NCBI GenBank assembly: GCA_963744995.1 | Contig: CAVUWA010000009.1 | Coordinates: forward strand, 224,001-288,000 | From: Candidatus Eiseniibacteriota bacterium | GTDB taxonomy: Bacteria > Eisenbacteria > RBG-16-71-46 | Direction: 5' to 3' | DNA: 64,000 nt | Shown: positions 51,330-62,195 of the stretch, piece by piece | Position numbering within the stretch: the first letter of the stretch is position 1 | How the letters are laid out: the number at the start of each line of letters is the position of its first letter | Made by a program: the position numbers and the translations under genes | The notes under the pieces: model-generated | Seen by the model: only the letters and a program-made list of their open reading frames with translations | Told to the model about the DNA's origin: nothing | Databases searched by the model: none

Positions 51330-52706
51330 ATGCTGTCAACCATCCTCTGGGGCGCGCTGCTGCTCGGCGTGGTCATCTTCGTCCACGAGCTCGGCCACTT
51401 TCTGGCGGCCAAGTGGCGTGGCGTCAAGGTGCTGCGCTTCTCGCTCGGTTTCGGGCCGGCGCTGTTCGCCTTCCACCGCGGCGAGACCGAGTACCGGATG
51501 TCCTGGTTCCCGCTCGGCGGCTACGTGCAGATGGCGGGGGATACCCCGGGCGAGAACGGCGAAATGCCGCAGGGCGAGGACGAGTTCCTTTCGCATTCCT
51601 GGTACGGGCGCATCGTGATCGCGGTCGCCGGCCCGGCGGCCAATCTGGTCACCGCCTTCGTGGTGATGGTGATCGTCGGCCTGGTGGGCGTCACCTATCC
51701 CGACTACCCGAACCAGCTCGGCGCCACTCCCGACTCCAGCGTCGCCTACGCCCACGGCATGCGCGAGGGTGACCGGATCGTGGCCGTGAACGGCACGCCC
51801 GTGAGGAGCTGGGTGTCGATCTTCCTCACCAATTCGAAGACGGAGGACAGCCGCGGCGTGAGCGTCACCGCCGAGCGTGACGGCCGCACCTTCGAGATCG
51901 CGCTGGATCCCGCCGAGCGCGAGCCGTTCTTTTCCAGCCTGAGGCGCCCGTCGGATCCGCCGGTGGTCGGCGGCGTGGTGACCGGGATGCCCGCCTACAA
52001 GGCGGGGCTGCGCGAGGGGGACCGGATCCTCGCGGTCAACGGGACGCCGATCAGGACCTGGGACGACCTGCCCGCGAGTCTCGACGGCCAGGTGGACAAG
52101 CCCGTGACGCTGCAGGTGCTGCGCGGCGACGAGGCTTTTGCGGTCACCCTGAAGCCGATCGACCCCGAGGGGGGCGGCGGTGGTCAGGGGCGCATCGGCA
52201 TCGAGGCGCCGCGGCACGAGGTGTATGTCGAGCATCACGGCTTCATCGATTCCATGGAGCTCGGCTGGTACGCGACGGGGGCGCTGGTGCAGAACGTCTA
52301 TGCCGGCATGTGGCTGACGATCAGCCGGCCGCTCTATTACCGCGAATACCTGGGTGGCCCGCTGTTCATCGCTCAGGCCGCCGGGGAGCAGGCGCGCCGC
52401 GGGCTCGACTCCTACCTGCAGTTCCTGGCGATGATCAACATCGCGATCATGGCATTCAACCTGATGCCGCTGCCGCTCCTGGACGGCGGCCACATCCTGC
52501 TCGCCTTCCTGCAGGCCGTGCGGCAGAAGGCGCTGTCGGCGCGCGCCTACATGCGTTTCCAGCAGACCGGCCTCGTCGTGATCGGCGCGCTGTTCATCTT
52601 CATTCTGGCCAATGACCCGCTGCGGCTGATCCAGCGCCAGCGGGCCCTCGATCAGACTCCGCAAGCGGCTCCCACGGAGGAGACGGTTGCACCTCACACG
52701 CCGTAG
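51330..52706 (+). CDS. rseP: RIP metalloprotease RseP with two PDZ domains
   Basis: VHELGHF, F.LGFG, PLGGYV.M, AGPAANL, two GDRI..VNG PDZ units, NLMPLPLLDGGH. Confidence 0.96.
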   Translation: MLSTILWGALLLGVVIFVHELGHFLAAKWRGVKVLRFSLGFGPALFAFHRGETEYRMSWFPLGGYVQMAGDTPGENGEMPQGEDEFLSHSWYGRIVIAVAGPAANLVTAFVVMVIVGLVGVTYPDYPNQLGATPDSSVAYAHGMREGDRIVAVNGTPVRSWVSIFLTNSKTEDSRGVSVTAERDGRTFEIALDPAEREPFFSSLRRPSDPPVVGGVVTGMPAYKAGLREGDRILAVNGTPIRTWDDLPASLDGQVDKPVTLQVLRGDEAFAVTLKPIDPEGGGGGQGRIGIEAPRHEVYVEHHGFIDSMELGWYATGALVQNVYAGMWLTISRPLYYREYLGGPLFIAQAAGEQARRGLDSYLQFLAMINIAIMAFNLMPLPLLDGGHILLAFLQAVRQKALSARAYMRFQQTGLVVIGALFIFILANDPLRLIQRQRALDQTPQAAPTEETVAPHTP

Positions 52707-54786
52707 GCCGTGCCTGCCGGCGTCCGGGGGGAAGGCGGCTCGGGTGAACGACGGGCCGGAGCGCGGTCCGGAGCCCCCGCGTAACGAAGCGGCGAAGTCG
52801 CGGCCGCGCCGCCCTGACACCCCGCGCCCCGCGGTCTGCGCCCTGTTCCTCACGGTTCTGGTGTGGATCATTCCGGCCGCGGTTCACGCGCAGGAGGGTC
52901 GCCCCGACTTCACCCGGATCGGGTCGGTGCGCTTCGAAGGGCGGCATCACGTCAGCCCCCGCGAACTCCTGTCGGTGATGAAGACCAAGCGGCCGTCGAT
53001 CCTGCCCTGGGCGGAGCGCCCGATCCTGCGCGAGGACTTCGTGCGCAGCGACACGCTCGCGATCGAAGCGGTCTACCGGCGCCACGGCTACCTCGACACG
53101 CGCGTCGGCTACCGGATCGAGCCGATGAAGACCGAGGGGCTCGTGCGGGTGGTGTTCGAGATCCACGAGGGCCGGCGCTCGTTCATCGAATCGGTGGCCG
53201 TCGAAGGCTCGAGCGCCTACCCGGAGGGCCAGCTGCTCAGGAAGCTGACGGCGCGGCCCGGGCGCGTCTTCGACCCCTCGCTGGTGATCACCGACACGAC
53301 GCGGATCTCGCGCGAATACCAGAACCGGGGCTACATCCCGGCGGTGGACGCGCGCATCGAGCGCGCGGCGGGAAAGGTGGAAGTCACCTATATCGTCGAT
53401 CCGGGGCCGCTCTACCACTTCGGCGAGGTCTACGTCTCGGTGAACGGGGAGCCCACGATCGCGGAGCATCTGATCCGTCGCGAGATCGCGATCGAGAAGG
53501 GCGACGTCTACCGGTACTCGCGCGTCGAGAAGACCCAGGAGCAGCTGGTCGACACCGGATTCTTCCGCCTGGTGCAGCTGGAGCGGCTGGTGGATTCGAC
53601 CTACGCGCAGGTCGAGTGGGACCTGCGGCTCACGGAGCGCAAGTCGCGCTGGATCGACGCCGGCGTCGGCAGCGGCTCGGCGGAACGTTTCCGCTTCACC
53701 GGCGAATGGGGCAACCGCAACCTGTTCGGGCGCGGCCTGCAGGGGGTGCTGGGCTCGCGCGCCGCGTTCGACGGGCGCGGCCGTTTCCTGATCGCGCACG
53801 GGGAGGCGTCGCTGCTCGAGCCGTGGCTCCTCGGCACCCGCACCCGCGGCCAGGTGACGCCTTACTATGAACGCACCGTGGACCGCACCAATGACTTCTA
53901 CCGGATCGATCAACACCGCCGCGGCGTGACGCTGCGCGCCTACCGCGACTTCGGTCGGACCCTGCGTTTCCAGCTCGTGCAGGACAACGCGTTCGTGACG
54001 CAATCGGTAAACTACGACCCGGCGGCGCTGTCGGCGGTGGACTCGGCCACGGTCGACTCGGTCGTGAGGAACACCGAGGCGTCGTATACCACCCACCGCC
54101 TGCAGGGGATTGTCGAGCGCGACCGGCGCGATTTCCCGCTGAACCCGACGCGCGGCTCGTACCAGAACCTGCTCGCCGAAGTGGCGGGCGGCCCGCTGCA
54201 GGGCTCGTCCAGCTTCCTCAAGGGGGACGTGTCGTCGTCCTGGTACACGCCGCTGCCGAACGGCTGGGTGATCGCCGCGCGGCTGCGGGCGGGGGCGATC
54301 GATCCGTTCGGCGCGGTCCGGCGCTTCACGCCCAACCTGAGCATCGACGCCGACGTCGCGCGGGTGCCCAACGAGGATCGCTTTCGGCTGGGTGGCGTCA
54401 GCACGGTGCGCGGCTACGACGAGGGGGGTCTGCCATTCTCGGTGGACAGCCCGTTCTCGACGAGCGGCGGGCTCGCGCTGCTGCTCGGCAACCTCGAGCT
54501 GCGCGTGCCGGTCGCGGGCCCGTTCGGGCTCGAGTTCTTCGTGGACGCCGGGAATGTGTGGGAACGGCCGACGTACGTGAAGTGGAGCGATCTCGCGCCA
54601 TCGGTGTCGAGCGAACCGCTCGGGCCGGGGGAGATGCGTTACGTGGCCGGCTTCGGCGGGCGCCTGCAGCTGCCGTTCGGCCCGCTGCGTTACGATCTGA
54701 CCTGGGGGTTGCGGCCGGAGAACACGGGGAACGGCAAGGACTGGATCCAGGCGCAGCAGCAGTTCGCGATCGGCCCGGCCTTCTGA
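52687..54786 (+). CDS. Omp85-family outer membrane protein with about 3 POTRA domains (TamA-like); start uncertain
   Basis: POTRA-like Y.RHGY.D, YQNRGY, LVDTGFF; barrel NRNLFGRG, GGVSTVRGY, F.DAGNVW, PFGPLRYD, terminal IGPAF. Confidence 0.88.
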   Translation: MHLTRRRPCLPASGGKAARVNDGPERGPEPPRNEAAKSRPRRPDTPRPAVCALFLTVLVWIIPAAVHAQEGRPDFTRIGSVRFEGRHHVSPRELLSVMKTKRPSILPWAERPILREDFVRSDTLAIEAVYRRHGYLDTRVGYRIEPMKTEGLVRVVFEIHEGRRSFIESVAVEGSSAYPEGQLLRKLTARPGRVFDPSLVITDTTRISREYQNRGYIPAVDARIERAAGKVEVTYIVDPGPLYHFGEVYVSVNGEPTIAEHLIRREIAIEKGDVYRYSRVEKTQEQLVDTGFFRLVQLERLVDSTYAQVEWDLRLTERKSRWIDAGVGSGSAERFRFTGEWGNRNLFGRGLQGVLGSRAAFDGRGRFLIAHGEASLLEPWLLGTRTRGQVTPYYERTVDRTNDFYRIDQHRRGVTLRAYRDFGRTLRFQLVQDNAFVTQSVNYDPAALSAVDSATVDSVVRNTEASYTTHRLQGIVERDRRDFPLNPTRGSYQNLLAEVAGGPLQGSSSFLKGDVSSSWYTPLPNGWVIAARLRAGAIDPFGAVRRFTPNLSIDADVARVPNEDRFRLGGVSTVRGYDEGGLPFSVDSPFSTSGGLALLLGNLELRVPVAGPFGLEFFVDAGNVWERPTYVKWSDLAPSVSSEPLGPGEMRYVAGFGGRLQLPFGPLRYDLTWGLRPENTGNGKDWIQAQQQFAIGPAF

Positions 54787-54793
54787 CGACGTC

Positions 54794-57700
54794 ATGACGG
54801 AACGCGACGACCATCCCGACGAATCCCGCGAGCACGCCGGACTCGGCGAGCGCACCCACGACTTTGTGGAGGAGATCCGCGAGGAGATCGCCGAGCACGT
54901 CCCGCAGCCGGTGCGCTGGACCGTCGGCAAGCTGGTCAAGGTGATCCTGCTCGGGCTCGGTGCGCTGATCGTGGTGCTGATCATCACGGCTCTGCTCTAC
55001 GCCGCGAATCGCACGCAGTGGGTGGCGAAGGAGCTCGCCCTGGTGCTCAACCAGACGCTGTCGCTGCGCAGCGACGTGGTCGTGTCGATCGGGGACCTCA
55101 AAGGCAACCCGTTCCACGTGGTGACCATGGAGCATCCCGAGGTGCGCTTCCGCGAGGGGGACGGCACGCCGCTGCTCGAAGCGCCGTCGCTCACGGTGCG
55201 CTATTCGCCGTGGAACCTGCTCACCGGACGGCGCGGGGTGGATGTGACCCTCGATCATCCGGTGATCCGCATTCTCACCGACGCCCACGGGAAGACGCGC
55301 CTGCCGGTCTGGCGCTCCGGCAAGGCGAGCTCGGCGGTGACCACCTACGACATCGGCCTGCACCTGCACGGCGGCACCGTGATCCTGCCGGACGAACAGC
55401 GCGTGACCGGCGTCGATCTCGACGCCTCCGCCCATACCGGACGGCCGACGCAGGTCGAGATCCGCAAGCTGTCATGGGCCGATGCGCCGCGGGTCGGCCG
55501 GCTCGAGCAGCTCAGCGGCTGGCTCGCGGCCGACGACAGCGTGCGGTTCGGCATCGACGAGCTGCGCATGCCGGACGTCCGGCTGTCGGCGCGCGGCGGC
55601 TGGGAGGCCAGTCCGGGCAACGAGGTCAAGGCGCGGCGCATGAGCCTCAAGATCGACCGCGTGCGCTGGCGCTGGCTGGCGAAGGCGTTCGTCAACGACG
55701 CCTTCGACGCCGACGGCGAAGGCGCGGCGTCGGTCGACCTCGTGCGTGAGGCCGACGGCCGCTTCCATGGCGAGTTCCTCGCGCAGGCCGACTGGAAGGG
55801 GCTCACGGGCGACGGCTCGGGCGAGTTCGAATGGGCGGGCGACCGGCTGACGATCGCACCGGCGGACGTGGTCTCACCCGGCGGGCGCCTCTCCGGCAGG
55901 TTCGAGATGCGCGGCAAGGCGTGGACGCTGGAGGGCGACGTCACCGAGGGCGATCCTTCACGCTGGGGCCCGATCGGGCTCACCGGCTGGCCGGAAGGAA
56001 ACCTGGCGGGCCGGTTCCGATACGACACCGCGCCCGATCGCACCGCGAAGATCGTCGCGGCACTCGGCGCCTCGGAGATCGCGGGCTGGCGCGCCGACAG
56101 CGCCTACGTCGGGGTGAAGAGCTGGCCCGATGCCCCCGACAGCTTCACCGTGGACTTCAAGCGCCGCGGCGGCCAGGCGACGCTGGTGGCCGAGGCCGGC
56201 ACGGGCGGCTGGAGCGGCGACTGGACCGCGCACCGCTTCCCGCTCGAAGAGTGGCCGGACGGTCGTGCCACCGGGCTCACCGGGCTGCTCGATCGGGGCG
56301 CGGGCCGGGTCGCGGGCGACGACGGCGGACTGCACGTCACGGGCGCGATCGAAGGGCCGCGGGCGCGCTGGATGGGCGCCGACGGCGCCTTCTGGCGCGT
56401 CGATTCGATCGCCGGCCGGCTGCTGCCGACGCCCGATCTCACCACCGCGGTGCAGCTCCGCGACGTCACGTTCCTCGGTGTCCACTTCGACAGCGCGCGC
56501 GCCGCGGTGCGGCTCGGCGACCAGGAGATGACGCTCGACAGGCTGCGCGCGTTCGCCGGGGACACCCTCCTCGACATGGACGCCCGCGCGACGTGGGACG
56601 GCGACCGCTGGACGTTCGACGCGACCCGGGCGGTGGCCTCGAGCGATCAGTTCGAGTTCCATGCCGATCCGCCGCTCAGGCTTTCGGGCGATCCGCGCGG
56701 GGTCACGTTCGAACGCCTGCGGGCCACCGACGAGGAGGCGCGCCTCGACATCACCGGCCGCTGGGCCGGACCCGGCGGGTCGTACTCGTTCGATCTCACC
56801 GGCACGTCGCTCGCGCTCGACGGACTCGGGCTGCCGCGCGAGTGGAACCTCGCGGGGCGGACCGATGCGCACTTCATGGTGACCGGCGCCTCGGGCGACC
56901 CGCGCTGGCGGTTCGAGGCCCGCGCGTCCGGCGTCGGCGTGCGCGGCGCGGTTGCGGATTCGGTGGTGCTCCGGCTCTCGGGCGCCCCGCACGTGCTCGA
57001 GGTCGAGGAGGCGCTGGCGGTCGCCCGCGACGGCCGCGCCTCCGGCACGCTCTCCTTCGACGGGATCCGCGCGGCGTGGCCCGACACCACGACGCCGGAG
57101 GCGGTCACGGCCTGGCTCGCCGACGCTGCGGGCTGGCGCGGCAGGGTGGACGCCGACCGTTTTCCGATCGACGGCTGGGAAGGGCTCGGCGCGGCGCTGG
57201 GCCGCGCACACGGGCGGGCCAGCGGCCACGTGGTGATCGGCGGGCGTCCCGACCGCCCGGCGCTCGACGCCTCGATCCATGCGGCCGGGTTCGCCGTGGA
57301 CGACTTCGGCGTGGACGAGATCGATGTCGAAGCGAAGTATCGTGACGGCCGGCTCGAGGTCCCGAGCGGGCGCGCGACCCGCGGGGCGGTGGTGTCGAGC
57401 ATCAGCGGCCACGTGGCCCTCGACCTGGCGCTCGGTCGCGAGCCGTCCTTCCCCGAGCAGCCGATGCAGTGGCGCGTGGACGTGCCGAACGGCGATCTCT
57501 CGATTCTGCCGCTGCTGGTGCCGCAGATCGCGTGGGCCAGGGGCGACTTCAAGCTCGAGACGCGCGTCGAGGGCACCCCGAAGTCGCCCTCGCTCGACGG
57601 CACGCTCGCGGTGCGCAACGGGCAGGTGCGGATGGCGACGCGCGAGGAGTTGCTGCACGATCTCGCCGCCGACCTGCACTTCAACGCGTCGCGCATCACG

Positions 57701-58867
57701 CTCGATACGCTGGTCGCCTATCAGGGGAAGAGCGGGGTCGTGCGCGGCTCGGGGGTGGCCCAGCTCGACGGATTCAAGGTCGCGCACTATCGCTTCCACG
57801 CCGGGCTCTCCGAGTTCACCGCGATCGAATCGGGACTCTACTCGGCGACGTTCGACGGCCGGTTCACGATCGTCGACGGTGTGATGGTGCACGGCGACCG
57901 GCTGCCGCACGTCACCGGCGACATGGAGATCATCCAGGCCGCCGTCCTGCTCGACTTCGCCAACGAGAGCGAGATGCGCCAGTTCACCGCCAGCGAGGCG
58001 CCGCTCTACTGGACCTATCGCGTCCACATGAGGGCGACGGACAAGCTGCGCTGGGTGCCGCCCAACGCGAACGTCGAGTTCAGCGCCGATCTGGTGCTCG
58101 AGCAGTCGGCGGATTCGCTGAGCATCTTCGGCGACGTAGATGCCCTGCGCGGTCAGTACTGGTTCCTCAGCAACCGCTTCGACGTGACCCGGGCGAACCT
58201 CACGTTCGACAACGTGGGCGGCATCGACCCGCAGCTCGACATCGAGGCGCAGACCGTGCTCACGCCGACCTCGAACGAGGGCATCGCCGCGAGCGTCGAC
58301 CCCAACGACCCGAACCCGCACCCGGCCCGCCAGACCATTACCGTCACGATCACGGGACGGTCGCGTAATCCGGTGATCGACTTCATGAGCTCGCCCAACG
58401 ACCTCGGCCAGCCGGTGATTCTCAAGGAGCTCACCGTGCAGCGCTTCTCGGGCGACAACCTGGCGGCCGGGGATCCGCTCGACGACTTCGTCACCCGCGC
58501 GATCAATCGCCAGCTCTCGGCCGAGATGTCCAAGCTGTTTCAGGGATATGTCAATGAATGGACGCTGACCCGCGAGAATGGCGGGCTGATCCGGGGCGAG
58601 GGGGAACTCTATGCGGAAGTCGGCATCCCATTGAGCGCGCAGTTGCAGATTCGCTACCGGCAGCGCGTTCCGGGGCTCGAACGGCAGCGAATCGGCACCT
58701 ACAGCGTGAATCCCTTCGAACGCGATCTCGAGGTCGAATACCGACTGAACCGGTTCTTCTACGTCACCAGCGAGCTGGCGCAGCGGCGTACGGGAACCGG
58801 CAGCGCGGCGACCACGCAGGGGACCCCGGAATTCAACGTCAACCTCAAGGCGCGCTGGGAGTATTGA
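54794..58867 (+). CDS. TamB/AsmA-like translocation-and-assembly module protein
   Basis: N-terminal TM anchor, 1357-aa beta-rich body, DUF490-like end (GQY.FLSNRFDVTR..LTF...DPQLDIEA, VEYRLN, KARWEY); follows the tamA-like gene. Confidence 0.85.
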   Translation: MTERDDHPDESREHAGLGERTHDFVEEIREEIAEHVPQPVRWTVGKLVKVILLGLGALIVVLIITALLYAANRTQWVAKELALVLNQTLSLRSDVVVSIGDLKGNPFHVVTMEHPEVRFREGDGTPLLEAPSLTVRYSPWNLLTGRRGVDVTLDHPVIRILTDAHGKTRLPVWRSGKASSAVTTYDIGLHLHGGTVILPDEQRVTGVDLDASAHTGRPTQVEIRKLSWADAPRVGRLEQLSGWLAADDSVRFGIDELRMPDVRLSARGGWEASPGNEVKARRMSLKIDRVRWRWLAKAFVNDAFDADGEGAASVDLVREADGRFHGEFLAQADWKGLTGDGSGEFEWAGDRLTIAPADVVSPGGRLSGRFEMRGKAWTLEGDVTEGDPSRWGPIGLTGWPEGNLAGRFRYDTAPDRTAKIVAALGASEIAGWRADSAYVGVKSWPDAPDSFTVDFKRRGGQATLVAEAGTGGWSGDWTAHRFPLEEWPDGRATGLTGLLDRGAGRVAGDDGGLHVTGAIEGPRARWMGADGAFWRVDSIAGRLLPTPDLTTAVQLRDVTFLGVHFDSARAAVRLGDQEMTLDRLRAFAGDTLLDMDARATWDGDRWTFDATRAVASSDQFEFHADPPLRLSGDPRGVTFERLRATDEEARLDITGRWAGPGGSYSFDLTGTSLALDGLGLPREWNLAGRTDAHFMVTGASGDPRWRFEARASGVGVRGAVADSVVLRLSGAPHVLEVEEALAVARDGRASGTLSFDGIRAAWPDTTTPEAVTAWLADAAGWRGRVDADRFPIDGWEGLGAALGRAHGRASGHVVIGGRPDRPALDASIHAAGFAVDDFGVDEIDVEAKYRDGRLEVPSGRATRGAVVSSISGHVALDLALGREPSFPEQPMQWRVDVPNGDLSILPLLVPQIAWARGDFKLETRVEGTPKSPSLDGTLAVRNGQVRMATREELLHDLAADLHFNASRITLDTLVAYQGKSGVVRGSGVAQLDGFKVAHYRFHAGLSEFTAIESGLYSATFDGRFTIVDGVMVHGDRLPHVTGDMEIIQAAVLLDFANESEMRQFTASEAPLYWTYRVHMRATDKLRWVPPNANVEFSADLVLEQSADSLSIFGDVDALRGQYWFLSNRFDVTRANLTFDNVGGIDPQLDIEAQTVLTPTSNEGIAASVDPNDPNPHPARQTITVTITGRSRNPVIDFMSSPNDLGQPVILKELTVQRFSGDNLAAGDPLDDFVTRAINRQLSAEMSKLFQGYVNEWTLTRENGGLIRGEGELYAEVGIPLSAQLQIRYRQRVPGLERQRIGTYSVNPFERDLEVEYRLNRFFYVTSELAQRRTGTGSAATTQGTPEFNVNLKARWEY

Positions 58868-58999
58868 CCCGGCCGGGCGCGTGGACCCGGGGGCCATGGA
58901 ACGGTGTATGCTGCTGCACGACATGAGACCGGGCGGGTCTCCTGGTGGCCGCAGGGATGGCGTCCGCCGTCACCGCGTCGGGCGAGGAAGGAACAACGG

Positions 59000-61900
59000 A
59001 TGAGGCACATTGCACGGGTCGCGCTCCTGGCCCTTCTGGCGGGTCTGGGGCTCACGGCTCTGGTTCCCGCGGACGCCGGCGCGCAGCTGTTCGGGCAGAA
59101 CAAGGTTCAGTACCGCCGCTACGACTGGCGCTCGATCAGCGCCGACCACTTCGAGGTCTACTATTATTCCGGCCTCGACAGCCTTGCGATGCGGGTGCTG
59201 GACCTCGCCGAGAAGACCCACGAGGTGCTCTCCGAACGCATGGGGCACCGTCTCGGGCGCCGCGTGCCGATCATCCTCTACGGCTCGCACAACGACTTCG
59301 CCCAGACCAACGTCACCCCCGAGCTGATCGACTCCGGCACCGGCGGCTTCACCGAGCTGCTGCGCAACCGGGTCGTGCTGCCCTTCACCGGCTCGTACGA
59401 AGACCTGCGCCACGTCGTGGTGCACGAGCTCACGCACGCGATCATGTTCGACCTGCTCTACGGCGGGTCGATGTCGGCGCCGCTCTCGCGGCAGGGGTTC
59501 TTCCAGGTGCCGCTGTGGTTCGCGGAGGGCATGGCGGAGTACTTCTCGCTCGGCATGGAGTCCAACGCCGCGATGTTCGTCCGCGACGGCATCATCGAGG
59601 GCTACCTGCCGCCGCTGCAGTACTCGGGCGGCTATCTGGTCTACAAGCAGGGCCAGTCGGCGCTCACCTACCTGGTGCAGCGCTACGGTGAGGCGCGGCT
59701 GCGCAACCTGCTGCAGACCATGCGCCGGACCCGCTCGTTCGACCGCGCCTTCCAGCGCAGCGTCGGGACGAGCGTCGACAAGTTCGACGAGCAGTGGCAG
59801 ACGTGGCTGCGCAAGGAATACTGGCCGACGGTCGCCAGCAAGGATTCTCCCGACAAGTTCGCGCGCCAGCTCACCGATCATCGCCACGACCAGAGCAACG
59901 CCAACACGGCTCCCGCCGTGTCGCCGCAGGGCGACCGCATCGCCTACTTCAGCGACCGCCGCCAGTACACCGACGTCTACGTGATGAGCGCGTTCGACGG
60001 CAAGGTGCAGCGCCGCATCATCCGCGGCGAGCGCAGCGTGTTGTTCGAGGCGATCCCGTCGTTCCGCGGCTCGCTCACCTGGTCGCCCGAGGGCGATCGC
60101 ATCGGCCTGGTGGCGAAGAGCGCGGGCTACGACGTCCTCTACGTCGTGGACGCCAACAAAGGCAAGGTGATGGATCGCATCAAGCTGCCGTGCGACGCGC
60201 TGTTCTACCCGGCATGGTCGCCGGTGGCGGACTCGATCGTGGTGGCGGGGGTGAAGGACGGGCGCAGCGATCTCTACATGGTGTCGATCAAGGACGGCGC
60301 CATCACGCGACTCACCGACGACACCTACGACGAGAAGGAGCCGGCGTGGACGCCCGACGGCCGCCACGTCACGTTCTCGTCCGATCGTCTGACCCCGGTC
60401 GTGCTGTACCCGCTGCGCCAGCAGAAGGGCTTCGGCCGCTACGGCATCTTCGACCTGTCGCTGGACGACCACGTCGTCACGAAGGTCCTCGACACCTACG
60501 GCGACGACCAGTGGCCGGCGTGGTCGGCCGACGGCCGGCGCCTGGCGTTCATCACCGACCGCAGCGGCACGCCCAACATCTTTCTCTACGACCTCGACGA
60601 CTCCAGCTTCACCCAGCTCACCGACGTGCTGGGCGGCGTGTCGAGCCTGTCGTGGTCCATGCACAACGACCGGCTGGTGTTCTCGACGTTCGATCGCGGC
60701 GGCTGGGACATCTATGCCGTGAAGGAGCCGCTGTCGATGGATTCGGTGGTGGAGCGGCTGCGCCGCGAGTCGCCCGCCGCGGTGCTCGATCCCGCCGAAG
60801 CGCTGCAGCCGCCGGGGGCGCAGGTCGCCGTGGCCCCGTCGCCGGCGGCGCTCGGCGAGGTGTGGCCCGACAGCGCGACGGCCGAGCCCGTGGACAGCGC
60901 GCTGGTCGCGGTGCCGGGCCCGCCCCCCGCGGTGACCGGCCGCGTGGACACCCTGCGCGCCGAAGTGCTGCCCCCGGGTGAGGAACCGCCGCCGTGGGAG
61001 GGCGAGCCCGTGCACGCGGCGGCTCCCGACACGGCGACGCAGCTCGCGAGCACGATTCCGCTGCGGGACACGGGCGGCCCGTTCGCGCTGCCGGATTCGG
61101 TGCTGGGCCAGGAGCCGACGCCCTATCACGTGCAGCTCGCCCCCGATTACGCGGGCGGCGGCTTCTACGCCGCCACCGGCTACGGGCTGGTCGGCAGCAC
61201 GCAGCTCGTGTTCAGCGACTTCCTCGGCGACCACAACATCTACGTGGCGACCGACGTCTTCACGAACTCGCTCGAGGAGACCAATGCGCTCGCGATCTAC
61301 AACTATCTGCCGCGGCGCTGGGACTTCGGCGTCGGGCTGTTCCACTTCAAGAATTACTACGCCTCGCGGGTGACGCAGCTCGGCGAGAACCTGGACAGTC
61401 CCAAGCTGTTCTCCGACCGCACCTTCGGCGGGATCCTGACCACGGCCTATCCGTTCGATCGATTCCGCCGCGTCGAGTTCAACTTCACGCAGATGTTCGT
61501 CGACCGGCAGTTCTTCGATCGCGACGCGTTCGGCAACTACTTCGAGACCGAACGCCAGTTCCGCGCGGTGACGTCGCCTTCGGTGTCACTGGTCGGCGAC
61601 AACACGCTGTTCGGCTACTACGGACCCGTGAACGGCGCGCGCTACAACATCACCTACGCGCCGGCCTTCAAGGTCTTCCACAACGCGCTCGAGTATCAGA
61701 CCGTGACGCTCGACTCGCGCCGCTACTGGGACCTCACCCACGGCTACACGTTCGCCACCCGCGTGCTCGCCGGCGTCAGCGGCGGTCCCGACGCGCAGGC
61801 GTTCCGCGTCGGTGGGTTCTCCACGCTGCGCGGCTTCAAGGACTTCGACCTGATCGGCGACCGCGTCGCGATCATGAACCTCGAACTGCGCTTCCCGTTC

Positions 61901-62182
61901 ATCCAGCAGCTCGGGCTCGTGGGTCCCGTGCCGATCGGCATCTTCAACCTGCGTGGCGCGATCTTCTCGGACGCCGGGCTGGTGTGGAACGACGGCGACC
62001 CCATCAAGTTCATCGAGTCGAACGGCGGCAACGTGCGGCTGGTGAGTCCGAAGCTCTCGTTCGGCACCGGCATCCGCACTTCGGTGTTCTTCCTCATCAT
62101 GAAGCTCGATGCGGGCTGGACCACGGATCTCGACCGCGTGAGCCGCCCGCGCTGGCACTTCAGCATCGGCCCCGAATTCTGA
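59000..62182 (+). CDS. Omp85-family protein fused to an N-terminal gluzincin (peptidase MA-like) domain and a TolB/PD40 beta-propeller
   Basis: Signal peptide, FGQNKVQY, HELTH..WFAEGMAEY, repeated P.WSPDG units, barrel GGFSTLRGF, terminal HFSIGPEF. Confidence 0.85.
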   Translation: MRHIARVALLALLAGLGLTALVPADAGAQLFGQNKVQYRRYDWRSISADHFEVYYYSGLDSLAMRVLDLAEKTHEVLSERMGHRLGRRVPIILYGSHNDFAQTNVTPELIDSGTGGFTELLRNRVVLPFTGSYEDLRHVVVHELTHAIMFDLLYGGSMSAPLSRQGFFQVPLWFAEGMAEYFSLGMESNAAMFVRDGIIEGYLPPLQYSGGYLVYKQGQSALTYLVQRYGEARLRNLLQTMRRTRSFDRAFQRSVGTSVDKFDEQWQTWLRKEYWPTVASKDSPDKFARQLTDHRHDQSNANTAPAVSPQGDRIAYFSDRRQYTDVYVMSAFDGKVQRRIIRGERSVLFEAIPSFRGSLTWSPEGDRIGLVAKSAGYDVLYVVDANKGKVMDRIKLPCDALFYPAWSPVADSIVVAGVKDGRSDLYMVSIKDGAITRLTDDTYDEKEPAWTPDGRHVTFSSDRLTPVVLYPLRQQKGFGRYGIFDLSLDDHVVTKVLDTYGDDQWPAWSADGRRLAFITDRSGTPNIFLYDLDDSSFTQLTDVLGGVSSLSWSMHNDRLVFSTFDRGGWDIYAVKEPLSMDSVVERLRRESPAAVLDPAEALQPPGAQVAVAPSPAALGEVWPDSATAEPVDSALVAVPGPPPAVTGRVDTLRAEVLPPGEEPPPWEGEPVHAAAPDTATQLASTIPLRDTGGPFALPDSVLGQEPTPYHVQLAPDYAGGGFYAATGYGLVGSTQLVFSDFLGDHNIYVATDVFTNSLEETNALAIYNYLPRRWDFGVGLFHFKNYYASRVTQLGENLDSPKLFSDRTFGGILTTAYPFDRFRRVEFNFTQMFVDRQFFDRDAFGNYFETERQFRAVTSPSVSLVGDNTLFGYYGPVNGARYNITYAPAFKVFHNALEYQTVTLDSRRYWDLTHGYTFATRVLAGVSGGPDAQAFRVGGFSTLRGFKDFDLIGDRVAIMNLELRFPFIQQLGLVGPVPIGIFNLRGAIFSDAGLVWNDGDPIKFIESNGGNVRLVSPKLSFGTGIRTSVFFLIMKLDAGWTTDLDRVSRPRWHFSIGPEF

Positions 62183-62195
62183 TCCGCGCAGAAAG

